Source: a virus. Taken from it: 64,000 bases of DNA. Below, in pieces: positions 47,924 through 57,591 of this stretch. The notes beneath the pieces are model-generated. The model was not told where the DNA came from. It saw only the letters and a list, made by a program, of their open reading frames with translations, and searched no databases. The DNA lies in the IMG/VR virus record IMGVR_UViG_3300025913_000026, positions 1 through 64,000 of that record; one strand, 5' to 3'. Numbering within the stretch: the first letter of the stretch is position 1; every line of letters starts with the position of its first letter. The position numbers and the translations under genes were made by a program.

Positions 47924-48246
47924 TAATCCCTCCTTGTTGCTATTGATTCAATAAATGGCTTTTTAGCTACATCCTTTTCTTCATCTTGCGTTACCCCAGC
48001 AATTGTACCTAACACCTTAGCTGAATTAGCTACTGTTTCACTTTTTTCAAGCAATTTAAATATACGGTCAAAACTTTTATCTTTAGGATCGTCTATATTC
48101 ATACCTTTTAATGAATTATCATTTAGCATATCTGCCATCTCATTCATCTTTCTATTAAGGGCATAATACAACTTCGCTAACCCATTTTGCTCATAAATAG
48201 ATAACCGCTGTTCAAGTTGCTGTATTTTTTTATTTAAATCATCCAT
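47923..48246 (-). CDS. candidate terminase small subunit
   Basis: Helical 107-aa protein abutting TerL. Confidence 0.45.
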   Translation of the reverse strand: MDDLNKKIQQLEQRLSIYEQNGLAKLYYALNRKMNEMADMLNDNSLKGMNIDDPKDKSFDRIFKLLEKSETVANSAKVLGTIAGVTQDEEKDVAKKPFIESIATRRD

Positions 48247-49153
48247 ACTTAGCTCCCTTTTTTAAGTTATCTAATTCCCATAAGGGTTGCAAATTTGAAT
48301 AATGAAAACATTGCATTTGTTCTTCCGGATTGCTTAAATCGAATTTTGAACAGGGCTTTTTATGGTCGATATGAATATTGCCTGCCATAAACTCATTCCA
48401 TGACATTCCATCTATAAAAAGGCTGCAAAAATAATCTTTAAATTCGGCTATTGTACACCCAAGCATTATCTCAGTAGAAGCGCATTTATGTGTATTCCAT
48501 TGCTTTAGTGCCAATCTAGTTCTACTTCTTATATTTTTAGCGATCCGATATTCAATATCTGTTTCTGTTTTCATCTTAGACCACTCTCTATTCCTTACCT
48601 TCCTATTTTCTTTGGCCCATTCAGATAATTGATAATTCTTATACCGGTCTGGATATTTAGCTTTAAAGGCTCTTTGTTTGGCTAAATATTCTTCCTTTTT
48701 ACCTGTTCGTTCTAAGTATGCTTTTCTTCTTTGATAAGCCTTTTTACTATACTCAGGATCACTTGATCTTCTCCTTATCGCACCCTCTGCTGCTTTCTTT
48801 TTATATTTATCTAGTTTTCTATAGTTTCTATTCCTTTCATTTATTTTATCCTTGTATTTTTTGGCTTGTTGTTTATTTCTTTCTAAACTTTTTTCTCTAT
48901 TTACTGCATACCATTTCTTGTGATAGTCAGGATCATTTTCAATTAATTTTTTATACCTCTCTTTGCCTTTTAATCTTTGCTTTTCCCTATTAGCTTCATA
49001 CCACTTCTTTTTTCTAATACTATCACATGGTTTACAATATGGCTGAGGCCATTTACCACCGCCAGCCTTGTTATAATCGCTAATATATTTTTCTTGATTG
49101 CAATCCTTGCATATCTTCTTCTCTAGTTCTTTTATTTCATCAGGCATACCCAT
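48239..49153 (-). CDS. HNH/Endo VII-like endonuclease with Zn finger and basic repeats
   Basis: CKDC..CKPC; HIDHKKPCSKFDL..CFHYSNLQPLW..NLKK. Confidence 0.82.
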   Translation of the reverse strand: MGMPDEIKELEKKICKDCNQEKYISDYNKAGGGKWPQPYCKPCDSIRKKKWYEANREKQRLKGKERYKKLIENDPDYHKKWYAVNREKSLERNKQQAKKYKDKINERNRNYRKLDKYKKKAAEGAIRRRSSDPEYSKKAYQRRKAYLERTGKKEEYLAKQRAFKAKYPDRYKNYQLSEWAKENRKVRNREWSKMKTETDIEYRIAKNIRSRTRLALKQWNTHKCASTEIMLGCTIAEFKDYFCSLFIDGMSWNEFMAGNIHIDHKKPCSKFDLSNPEEQMQCFHYSNLQPLWELDNLKKGAKYG

Positions 49154-49433
49154 GAATTTTTTTATTTAAAAACATACTACAAATAATAAATACAAGTGAC
49201 ATTCTAGCCCTGTCCTTTTCTTCTTCTGTAAATATTTCGCCACTTCTAAACCACACACCTGTATATTTAGATCCCATGGGCATTTTTATTTCGCACATAT
49301 AAGCCCCGTCTTTTACCTCAATAATTTCGCTGCCATCGCTCATTGACATTGCACCTTTATCTGCTATATATTCTCTATATTCTAATTTATATTCATCAAC
49401 TAGTCTATTTATTATATCTAATACTATTGACAT
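49140..49433 (-). CDS. hypothetical protein
   Basis: ORF in operon. Confidence 0.6.
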   Translation of the reverse strand: MSIVLDIINRLVDEYKLEYREYIADKGAMSMSDGSEIIEVKDGAYMCEIKMPMGSKYTGVWFRSGEIFTEEEKDRARMSLVFIICSMFLNKKIHGYA

Positions 49434-49438
49434 ATTAT

Positions 49439-49681
49439 TTAATTTAGAATTTGTTCTTGTGGCACAACAGGAAGGTCATCAGCTTCACATGTACAAGGTC
49501 TTAAAACAAGGGTTGAAATGTACGAAAAGCCATCTTCGGCTTCTTCATCTTCAACCGGGAAGTCAACAAGTTCGGATTGTTCAAAACAGACAGTGATATA
49601 AGTTTCCTCACCGTGAGGCATTACTACTGTCATATCATCTGGTAGTTCTTGGATTAGTTCTTTTAGTTGTGCTACTGTCAT
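49439..49681 (-). CDS. hypothetical acidic protein
   Basis: MTVAQLKELIQELPDDMTV start. Confidence 0.65.
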   Translation of the reverse strand: MTVAQLKELIQELPDDMTVVMPHGEETYITVCFEQSELVDFPVEDEEAEDGFSYISTLVLRPCTCEADDLPVVPQEQILN

Positions 49682-49894
49682 TTATTCTGGTATTGTGTTT
49701 AGAAAATTATTGCATTGTTCTACGTGTGTTGTCTCCTTAGATTTAAATTCACAATGCGTGTCATCCTCCATGATTATGCTTAAATAATCATCAAATGGGC
49801 CATTTACTGGGCCACCACCCCATTGCCATACTTTTTTCACCTTGGGATGAATACATTTAATGCCTTCGCTTGTTTGTTCAATGTACTGTTTCAT
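49682..49894 (-). CDS. hypothetical protein
   Basis: ORF in operon. Confidence 0.55.
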   Translation of the reverse strand: MKQYIEQTSEGIKCIHPKVKKVWQWGGGPVNGPFDDYLSIIMEDDTHCEFKSKETTHVEQCNNFLNTIPE

Positions 49895-50666
49895 TTATAT
49901 ATTCATTTATTGGTTTAGCATCGGATTTAGACAGGCCCACATGGACAAGTCCTTCTTTTACTTTTTTAGTAAGGCTATGATCTATGGCTATAACCTCTTC
50001 CTCTCTTTTTGTGCGTTCATCTCCATTAGGTCTGCATCTTATTATTCTGGCTTCTTGTCCTGTGCTGGGTTCTCTAAAGACGATTTCGTAATCACAAGCC
50101 TTAATGGTTCGTACCACGAAGCCTGCATATTCTCCTGTCCTCATATAAAGAGTATCTTTACATAGTGTTGGTTCTATTCCATGAATTGGGCCTTTGTATG
50201 GGATAAAAACTCTGTATGCAAAATCAAATGTGGATGTTGGTTGCCATTCTCCATCTGGAACTTTCCAAGCAAAACAATCTTCCTCCAAGACAGAAAATAT
50301 CTTAATGTCGCTTGCTATTTGTTCGCCACTTAGTTGGCCGCTATTCAGAACCTCGTTCTCTTCTCTACACCCATTATGGTGAAAAAGCATAAGTACTCCT
50401 TTTGGCAAGCCACCTCCACTTATCACCTCTCCATGTACTGGCTCTGTGTATTTCCTGTCAAAATTTTCGTATTTACGTTGAAGCGAGATAGTCACTCCAT
50501 TTGAGAAAGTATGGTTATTTTTATAATTTAAATCTACCTTTAAAAGAACCCGACCTTCTGTGTTAGTTAATCGGCCTTCATTAGGTGTCCATAATCTTTC
50601 CATAAATTCAGTTGTAATCTCCCCCTCAGTTGATAAATGTACATATCCTTTATTCTGTTTCTTCAT
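49878..50666 (-). CDS. protein with degenerate GroES-like fold
   Basis: RVLLKV..HGEVIS..KGVLMLFHHN pattern resembles GroES-like proteins near terminase in crAss-like phages. Confidence 0.45.
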   Translation of the reverse strand: MKKQNKGYVHLSTEGEITTEFMERLWTPNEGRLTNTEGRVLLKVDLNYKNNHTFSNGVTISLQRKYENFDRKYTEPVHGEVISGGGLPKGVLMLFHHNGCREENEVLNSGQLSGEQIASDIKIFSVLEEDCFAWKVPDGEWQPTSTFDFAYRVFIPYKGPIHGIEPTLCKDTLYMRTGEYAGFVVRTIKACDYEIVFREPSTGQEARIIRCRPNGDERTKREEEVIAIDHSLTKKVKEGLVHVGLSKSDAKPINEYINETVH

Positions 50667-51085
50667 TTAATATTCTGTTTATGCTTTTCTAATTCTTTCA
50701 TAAATAACTCATAGTAAGCCTCAAACGTTTTGTGCTTTACTTCCGGGAAGTATATTTCAAATGACTTGAACCAACCTGGGTAATAGTTTTTATATAGTTC
50801 CACCAATCTCCTTTTATCGCCATAATCCAATTCACTTACTTCCCATACATTCTGCTTTTGCTTGACCCATCCTTTTTTAGTTTTAATATCTACATCCTTT
50901 AGTACTTCGTCAATGGTGGTATCTACGATTCTATTATTATCCTTATCATACACGGTAAATCGTTCATTTATTTGAACCTTTTTAGAGTGAACTACATAAA
51001 GGCTATCTTCATCAACTAACCCATGCGTCTTTTGGGTATCTTCCTTAACCCATGATTCAACTTTTACTATTAAGTGTTCTTTCAT
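50663..51085 (-). CDS. hypothetical protein
   Basis: ORF in operon. Confidence 0.6.
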   Translation of the reverse strand: MKEHLIVKVESWVKEDTQKTHGLVDEDSLYVVHSKKVQINERFTVYDKDNNRIVDTTIDEVLKDVDIKTKKGWVKQKQNVWEVSELDYGDKRRLVELYKNYYPGWFKSFEIYFPEVKHKTFEAYYELFMKELEKHKQNIK

Positions 51086-51323
51086 GTTGTTTAGCTTTTC
51101 TTAATTCTTGTTTTAAATAATCAATAGCGCGACTCCAATCAATATATTTGCCACCCATTGGGGTTGGTTTTCTAAAATTGATATAGCTTATTAGTTGATT
51201 ATAGTCGAAAACATTCATTAATTGACAATACCTTTTTACAATAGCTATCTCTTCTTTAGCGAAATCATTATAATCAGTCTTACTTACTTTATCAATTATC
51301 CCTATGGCTTCCTCTTTGTTCAT
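51057..51323 (-). CDS. hypothetical protein
   Basis: ORF in operon. Confidence 0.6.
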   Translation of the reverse strand: MNKEEAIGIIDKVSKTDYNDFAKEEIAIVKRYCQLMNVFDYNQLISYINFRKPTPMGGKYIDWSRAIDYLKQELRKAKQHERTLNSKS

Positions 51324-51468
51324 GAGCTTTTCTTATAATTGATCTTAGTTCCCGGCTTAAGGATAATTCTTCCTTCTTTTAATGAAGTCGTAAGCGTTTC
51401 TTTATATTTCCATACTCTTATAGTTCCTTCAACTATAAAACTTTTTTTCTCTGGATTTAATGGGCTTT

Positions 51469-51711
51469 TCATTTTTCTTTCTCCTTTTTACGTGGCATCC
51501 ACCAATCCGAACAATAATCATCCGGCTTTTCAGGTATTTCTCCACTTCCATTATTCCACTTTCGATAATAGGTATTTTCACAGTCCTCTCCGTCCCAGAA
51601 AAAGCAGTTAGCGCAGCAACTTCCACCATGCGCTACTTTCATGCCTGGCTGGTGATCTTTAGGGTATTCGATGGGGCCTTTTTTATTGGATAGTTTTACT
51701 TTGGTAGCCAT
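51469..51711 (-). CDS. HiPIP-like Cys-rich protein
   Basis: CANCFFW..C..GEIP..YCSDWW. Confidence 0.5.
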   Translation of the reverse strand: MATKVKLSNKKGPIEYPKDHQPGMKVAHGGSCCANCFFWDGEDCENTYYRKWNNGSGEIPEKPDDYCSDWWMPRKKEKEK

Positions 51712-51883
51712 TGTTAATTAGTTTACCAAATTTATCAAAATAAACCTGTGTACCAAGGTATCTTTCAGGGAAAGCATAATACAAGTCCATAATATTTAAT
51801 GGGCGGCTTAACTCCATTTCAGATATAATCTTAGGAGCTACAGCCAGCATGGCTATTGACTTTAAAAATCCCTTTCTGTTCAT
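51683..51883 (-). CDS. small protein with Tat-like signal
   Basis: MNRKGFLKSIAMLAVAP. Confidence 0.5.
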   Translation of the reverse strand: MNRKGFLKSIAMLAVAPKIISEMELSRPLNIMDLYYAFPERYLGTQVYFDKFGKLINNGYQSKTIQ

Positions 51884-52686
51884 TGGTTAAATAGTTTATT
51901 CACGTAATATTCAAGATTAGGCTGCGTTAAAAACTTATAATGGTTAGGCCCGTACCCAATAACATTCGGGATGGATTTACACACTTCCAGTATACGCGGT
52001 ATCTTTAGCCCCTCGCTTATCTGGTATACCGAACTTTGATTCCCAATGTACAATTTACAGTTATACAAAGCTATAGCTATTTCAAAGTAATCCTTTGCCT
52101 CTAATCTTGGAATAGATATGTTATTCTGTTTGCAAAACCATTCATGTTCACTTGGTAATCCTACAAACATTACATTCCCTTCATACTTTCTTAGAAAATT
52201 GTAGCTTATGAACATGTTATTATATCTCTCCGTCCGATTGATTAAAATCTTGCCTATAACCTGCTGATTAATAAAATACGGGATATTTAACCACGGTTTA
52301 CTTAAGTCACAGGCTGTTTGGGGCAACACAAAGTGGAGGTATTCATTGATTGATCCAAATGGCATAGGAGTGTCGTGCTGCCGGAGAATGTCGAGATGAT
52401 GATCTACCTCATGCCCATCCCAAATTTCAAAATCGTGAATGTAGTCTTGACTTAATAGTAAAGGTTTTACTGCATCAAAAACTGCCCTATTCATCGTTAC
52501 TGGAGTATCATTTTCATCCTTTATTGAATATTTTGCTCCGGGATAGGCTCCTACTCCGTCGTAAGGGATATTCACTCTTTGGTAAATAGTACATTTATGG
52601 CCAGTACTTTCGTAAATCTCTTTAAATGAAGGCATTAGGCTAAGAAGGTCGCCGCACGGCATCGAATGACTGAATCTAAGTACCAT
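51880..52686 (-). CDS. GT9 (heptosyltransferase-like) glycosyltransferase
   Basis: CGDLL..P and CKLYIGNQSSVYQISEGLKIPRILE. Confidence 0.7.
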   Translation of the reverse strand: MVLRFSHSMPCGDLLSLMPSFKEIYESTGHKCTIYQRVNIPYDGVGAYPGAKYSIKDENDTPVTMNRAVFDAVKPLLLSQDYIHDFEIWDGHEVDHHLDILRQHDTPMPFGSINEYLHFVLPQTACDLSKPWLNIPYFINQQVIGKILINRTERYNNMFISYNFLRKYEGNVMFVGLPSEHEWFCKQNNISIPRLEAKDYFEIAIALYNCKLYIGNQSSVYQISEGLKIPRILEVCKSIPNVIGYGPNHYKFLTQPNLEYYVNKLFNQ

Positions 52687-52782
52687 AATTTTGCTATAAC
52701 GTTATAGTTATTTAGTTTTACAAGGTCGCCGGGATTGTCTCCGGGTCAGGCTCTTTTTATTAACACTTAAAATTTTAAATCT

Positions 52783-53055
52783 ATGGCACTGACAGGCCGC
52801 GTTATCACATCGGCATACCGGAAAAACCAGTATGACCTTACCACTGCAAGAGGGATTCCCGCAACAATGGGCGTTCCCATCAATTTACCATCAGCATTGT
52901 GTCAGCTTAGTCCAGCACCATCAGGCACAACAGCTAATGGAGTAACCATGAACTCTATCATTGAGCTTTTACCAAGTGGCTTGTACCATAATGGACAATC
53001 TACTTTCTATTACAGCGCTGATTCTGTCGCTACCTTACAAACCAACGGAACCTAG
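52783..53055 (+). CDS. lone plus-strand 90-aa protein, virion-like composition
   Basis: Fills the gap between minus-strand genes; good AT-rich leader; T/S/A/G-rich. Confidence 0.65.
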   Translation: MALTGRVITSAYRKNQYDLTTARGIPATMGVPINLPSALCQLSPAPSGTTANGVTMNSIIELLPSGLYHNGQSTFYYSADSVATLQTNGT

Positions 53056-53074
53056 TTTCTTCAAGGTTAGATTC

Positions 53075-53275
53075 TCATGGGTTGGCCCTGGTACTTACAT
53101 TAGTATTGGGGCTTTTTCTTTGCTTTTTTCGCTCATGGCCATTCCATATCTTTTCAAGATTATGGGCTGCTTGTATGGTTCTTCTCTTTTTATGTAATAT
53201 TCGGATAAATCCCATCCCATCATCACAATAAACAACAGGAACCTTGTCTTTATATCCGGCAAAGTATCTATTCAT
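53075..53275 (-). CDS. hypothetical protein
   Basis: Overlaps the GT2 stop codon. Confidence 0.45.
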   Translation of the reverse strand: MNRYFAGYKDKVPVVYCDDGMGFIRILHKKRRTIQAAHNLEKIWNGHERKKQRKSPNTNVSTRANP

Positions 53276-54036
53276 ATAATGTCATTAATTATATTCCTAT
53301 TATTCGCCCATTCCTGAATATACATTGGTAGCGGCTCAATAATTGGTACTATATCTTCCTTCGAGAAATGCACCCACGGATCAAATTCACCTCCCATGCT
53401 TTTTAATTTTTCATCCATCCCCCATCCGAAAGTATTGCACATCATGTCCTCTATCTTTGCCATGTGCTTTTTTTTATCCCTTACAAAACCTGTATGGTAG
53501 ATTCTTATTTTATCTATGTAATCTGAGTTGGCCGGTGCATCTAAGGATTGGGCATCATCAACGGATTGATATTTAGATTTCGCTAGTCTAAGTATTACTT
53601 CTCCGACAGGCATACGATCTTCAGGTACACTCAGATAATGCTGGCTGTCTCCCCATAAGTTATATCTCCTGCAAAGATAGGCTTCATTGTTTAGCTCTAT
53701 TAGCTGTCTAATGTCATCAAAACAATCTTCATGGATACATTCATCAGCTTGTAGATTTATATTCCAATCAGTATTTAAAGCGTTAATTGCGACATTGGTA
53801 AAATAAGATAATTTTTGCTGGCCTTTTTGTCGATCCCATTCTTCAGGAGGCAGGAGTAATATTTTGACTTTTTTAAATTCCAATAAAGATTCAACCAGCC
53901 GTGTAGTACCATCTGTAGATCCCGCATCCACCACGACTACTTCATCACATAAATCATTCAAACACTTAACGGATTCTATTATGTGATAATCCAGAGCAAT
54001 TGAATTTCTAATAAATATTGAGCCGCCTAATGTCAT
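53272..54036 (-). CDS. GT2 glycosyltransferase
   Basis: DEVVVVDAGSTDGT and LQADE (DxD) motifs. Confidence 0.88.
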   Translation of the reverse strand: MTLGGSIFIRNSIALDYHIIESVKCLNDLCDEVVVVDAGSTDGTTRLVESLLEFKKVKILLLPPEEWDRQKGQQKLSYFTNVAINALNTDWNINLQADECIHEDCFDDIRQLIELNNEAYLCRRYNLWGDSQHYLSVPEDRMPVGEVILRLAKSKYQSVDDAQSLDAPANSDYIDKIRIYHTGFVRDKKKHMAKIEDMMCNTFGWGMDEKLKSMGGEFDPWVHFSKEDIVPIIEPLPMYIQEWANNRNIINDII

Positions 54037-54569
54037 AATTTTTGTGCTACTAAATAAAATGAATACCTGTCCTCGCCTACATCTAACCCACTTTCAACTA
54101 CTCTAAAATATGGTGGATAATAATTCCCTTCATAATCTTTTGCTTCCCCGCAAAATGCTCTTTGAAAGAAGAACAAAAAGCTATCATAGTTATAGTCCCG
54201 GAAGTGCTCTTCGTTTTCTTTGTTATTATAATAACGACCATCTGGTAAATACAGTATCAAATAGCCGCACTTTTTAATGAGCCGATACCAATTCTGTATA
54301 GCGGCAAAATCATTCTCTAAATGTTCTAAGCAATGAGATGAAAAAACTGCGCTCGCGCCCACTAAAGCCGGATGATGTAAATAACCCAATCTGTAAATAT
54401 CATTTCTATCTTCTAAGACAACATCAACTCCATCTAAAGCGCGGCCATCTACTCCTATTGCGTCCGGTTTTATTTTATGATCTGCACAACCAATATCAAT
54501 TACTTTCCCTTCTAAATATTTCGGGTTTAATAACTCTCTAATCTTGTCTGTTTCGGAACAGTATGCCAT
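54033..54569 (-). CDS. class I SAM-dependent methyltransferase
   Basis: IDIGCA, VFSSHCLEHL, GYLILYLPD; likely start MAYCSE. Confidence 0.85.
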   Translation of the reverse strand: MAYCSETDKIRELLNPKYLEGKVIDIGCADHKIKPDAIGVDGRALDGVDVVLEDRNDIYRLGYLHHPALVGASAVFSSHCLEHLENDFAAIQNWYRLIKKCGYLILYLPDGRYYNNKENEEHFRDYNYDSFLFFFQRAFCGEAKDYEGNYYPPYFRVVESGLDVGEDRYSFYLVAQKL

Positions 54570-55969
54570 AAATCTTTTATTTTTTCTATAACTTGATTTG
54601 ATGTGTATTGTGTGCATGGCGGGTATTCTTGACTATAGATACAATCATTGCCCACCACATCTACTTTATTATGATAGCAGTTTTTTGTTTCTTCTTTACA
54701 GCATGGAGACTGAACCACTCGCATGTTTGTCATATCCGCATATCTGTATTCAGGATTTACGCTGCCAAAGAATATTACCGATGGCACATTTAACCCTACA
54801 GCTACTTGCGCTGGCCCCGAATCTGCGCCTATAAACAAATCTGCTCCTTTTAATATGAACATCATAAATTCCAGGTTCATCGTATTCAAATAGGTAGCTA
54901 TTTCGTATTCGATTCGTTTCCCTATCTGAAACACCTTATATCCATTAGCCTCTAAATACTTAACCACAGTTCCCCATTCTATTCCATGAATATCTCTATA
55001 TGGCATTCCTGTACTGTCTATGTGGATGACAGCATATTTATTGAACATCTTTTGATCTTCCCCGGCATAAAGGTTCAGTCTTGCATTTCTTATTTCCCCG
55101 TCTTTTACCCCTGCTATGTCATAATAAGACTTCAGAGTTAGCTGTTTTGGATTTATCTCGTAGGCCATATCAAGATTAACCTCAGTGTATGGCGTATCGG
55201 GGCTTAAGGCATATTTGGGAAGAACTTGGAAGTAATGCTGAAAAAACACTTTATAAAACTCTGGCTGCGTATCCAAGACCACTCTATACCCTTTTTTGTG
55301 AAAGTAATGAAGTAATGGTTCAGCCATAACACAATCCCCCAAAGCGCCTGATCGCTTAATTACGATAGTTTCCTTAAAAGGTTCCACGTGGAAAGCGTGA
55401 AACCCAAATGTAGGTTGTTTAGGCGCGGTTAATTCATATGCAAACCTTGCGGCTACTTCATCAGTTGGGTATTTAAAATAATAATGCTTTTCTAAATAGT
55501 ATCTATATAATCGACACAGCACCTCATCTTCAGGTGAAGTAATTTCAATCATCTTATCTTTGGCAATCCTCTCTTGAAAGTGCCTTGATCTAACCGAAAA
55601 CCCCCCATTTAAGTTATTACGACCATCTGTATATAATCCAGGAGCGCCTATAATATCATAATCGTAAAATTCATCTGACCATTGATCGGCATCTAAGACC
55701 CAACTATCCCATTGACATATTAAGCAATAATCAGTAACAAAATATTTATACAACTCTTTTATAATAAATCTATTATATTGATGCCAATCTTCTAAGCCAC
55801 CAACATTTATTACATCTATTCCACTAGCTTTCAAATCTATATTTGTGATTAATACACAGGCTCCAAAATCAACTTTAGCCATTGATTTATACATGGAAGC
55901 AACCGTTTCGGCTTGCTTATTTCCCGCAACTGCAATTAGCGTAACATTCGGTAATTTTAGTTTATTCAT
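54527..55969 (-). CDS. DUF5672-like + GT9 fusion glycosyltransferase
   Basis: N-half QWDSWV..DIIGAP..NGGFSVRS..PED..FGFH; C-half ALGDCV..FIGADSGPAQVA. Confidence 0.8.
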   Translation of the reverse strand: MNKLKLPNVTLIAVAGNKQAETVASMYKSMAKVDFGACVLITNIDLKASGIDVINVGGLEDWHQYNRFIIKELYKYFVTDYCLICQWDSWVLDADQWSDEFYDYDIIGAPGLYTDGRNNLNGGFSVRSRHFQERIAKDKMIEITSPEDEVLCRLYRYYLEKHYYFKYPTDEVAARFAYELTAPKQPTFGFHAFHVEPFKETIVIKRSGALGDCVMAEPLLHYFHKKGYRVVLDTQPEFYKVFFQHYFQVLPKYALSPDTPYTEVNLDMAYEINPKQLTLKSYYDIAGVKDGEIRNARLNLYAGEDQKMFNKYAVIHIDSTGMPYRDIHGIEWGTVVKYLEANGYKVFQIGKRIEYEIATYLNTMNLEFMMFILKGADLFIGADSGPAQVAVGLNVPSVIFFGSVNPEYRYADMTNMRVVQSPCCKEETKNCYHNKVDVVGNDCIYSQEYPPCTQYTSNQVIEKIKDLWHTVPKQTRLESY

Positions 55970-56940
55970 TTAATAGAGCTATGATTTGTTTTAAATACTT
56001 CCAATGTAGGTGGTTCTTGTAATGGTCTGTCTGGTTGCTGTTGTGCCCAATGCCACATTTTAGCAAGCCCATCAACCAGTCTGGTTTCTTTGTTATATCC
56101 TAAAAGTTTTTGTGACTTTTCTATGGTGCACCATGCTTCTTTTACTTCATGCCTTTCTTCAAGAAATTCTACTTTGTCATACCCAGTTATTTTTTGTAAA
56201 AGTTGATTGGCTTCAATAATAGAATACGTAGTGTAACTTCCCAGATTAATTATCTCATTACTTACGTCTTTAGCTCGATATAATGGCTCTAAAATATCTT
56301 CAATATAAGTAAATGCCCGACTATTACTCCCATCTCCAAATATCGTCATTGGCTTATCGTGTAGTATTTGATACATCCAGATGCCGAAAACATTTCGTGC
56401 CTGATCCCATAGATTTTGCCCAGGGCCATAAACATTTCTTGGCCGAATAATGCACCAATCCAATCCTTGTGTTTCACCTGCTATTCTTATGTCCATTTCT
56501 GAGCAATACTTTGAAACTCCATAACTATCTATCGGATTAGGTGTCATTTCTTCTGTAAATGGAGGCGCACCAGAGTAAACCGCAACTGAACTAGTAAAAA
56601 CTAATTTACAATTATGATTAACACAAGCGTTTATAATATTTGAAGTCCCGACAGTGTTATTAGTATGATTAAATGCTCTAATATAATTAGACCTGCCTTC
56701 TGCCGCATAAGCAGCAAAGTGATAGCATATATCGAATTTAAATGTATCAAATAAAAAATCTAATTCATTTTTATTTAAAATATCTAAAGAAGTAGTTACT
56801 AAATTTTCGTATTGTAAAAAGTTTACAGGACTACCACTAAAATTATCAACTCCTATTATAGTATGATCTGTGTTGATTGTTAACCACATCCCTAAGTTAC
56901 TTCCTATCAAACCAGCGCATCCAGTAATTAATATTTTCAT
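55966..56940 (-). CDS. NAD-dependent epimerase/dehydratase
   Basis: TGCAGLIG, SSVAVY, YGVSK, RPRNVYGP. Confidence 0.92.
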   Translation of the reverse strand: MKILITGCAGLIGSNLGMWLTINTDHTIIGVDNFSGSPVNFLQYENLVTTSLDILNKNELDFLFDTFKFDICYHFAAYAAEGRSNYIRAFNHTNNTVGTSNIINACVNHNCKLVFTSSVAVYSGAPPFTEEMTPNPIDSYGVSKYCSEMDIRIAGETQGLDWCIIRPRNVYGPGQNLWDQARNVFGIWMYQILHDKPMTIFGDGSNSRAFTYIEDILEPLYRAKDVSNEIINLGSYTTYSIIEANQLLQKITGYDKVEFLEERHEVKEAWCTIEKSQKLLGYNKETRLVDGLAKMWHWAQQQPDRPLQEPPTLEVFKTNHSSIK

Positions 56941-57146
56941 TGAGTAGGTAGTTTTATTCCTTGATTCATTAATATGGCATCTTTTACTTTTTCAGGCAAC
57001 TGATCGAAACTTATCCTATCATACTCTCCCGCACCAAGATGATGAAGATAATAAGGGCTATACAAGTAAATATGACCATCTACGATGATTGTTTTTTGAA
57101 AATTCCACAGGGTTGATTCTTGGTCCCGGGTTAGTAATATTTTCAT
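56937..57146 (-). CDS. hypothetical protein
   Basis: ORF in operon. Confidence 0.55.
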   Translation of the reverse strand: MKILLTRDQESTLWNFQKTIIVDGHIYLYSPYYLHHLGAGEYDRISFDQLPEKVKDAILMNQGIKLPTQ

Positions 57147-57156
57147 TTAGGTTGTT

Positions 57157-57363
57157 TTAATCGGCACTAAGATATGATTTAGTTCTATCACAGTTTTCAC
57201 CATTATTCAGAACTAGGCTGGCGGGTGTTGGATATTTTTGCCTGAACTCTTCTCGGGTATATAATTTATTATCTTCTATAAAGAAGCCTTTACCTGTTTC
57301 GCTAATGATAAATCTTGTATTTATTAATTTGTCCTTTCGGATTAAATATGTTTTAATATCCAT
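57157..57363 (-). CDS. hypothetical protein
   Basis: ORF in operon. Confidence 0.55.
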   Translation of the reverse strand: MDIKTYLIRKDKLINTRFIISETGKGFFIEDNKLYTREEFRQKYPTPASLVLNNGENCDRTKSYLSAD

Positions 57364-57589
57364 CTTCTTTTTGTTTTAATCCAAGTATGATATGTTCTTT
57401 TTTTAAACCTGGTATTTCACATTCCAAATATGCAATCTCCATTTTTACTTCCTTTCTTTCAGAAGTAACTTGAAATGCAATCGTATCACCAACAATATAA
57501 TTCCTATCATCCTTTAGGCATATAAACGTTTTTCTGCCAGTATTAAGTAATTCAAACAATCCGTCTACTACATCTAATGTATGAGTCAT
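57353..57589 (-). CDS. DUF3850/ASCH-like protein
   Basis: TGRKTF..DDRNYIVGD. Confidence 0.7.
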   Translation of the reverse strand: MTHTLDVVDGLFELLNTGRKTFICLKDDRNYIVGDTIAFQVTSERKEVKMEIAYLECEIPGLKKEHIILGLKQKEDGY

Positions 57590-57591
57590 TA

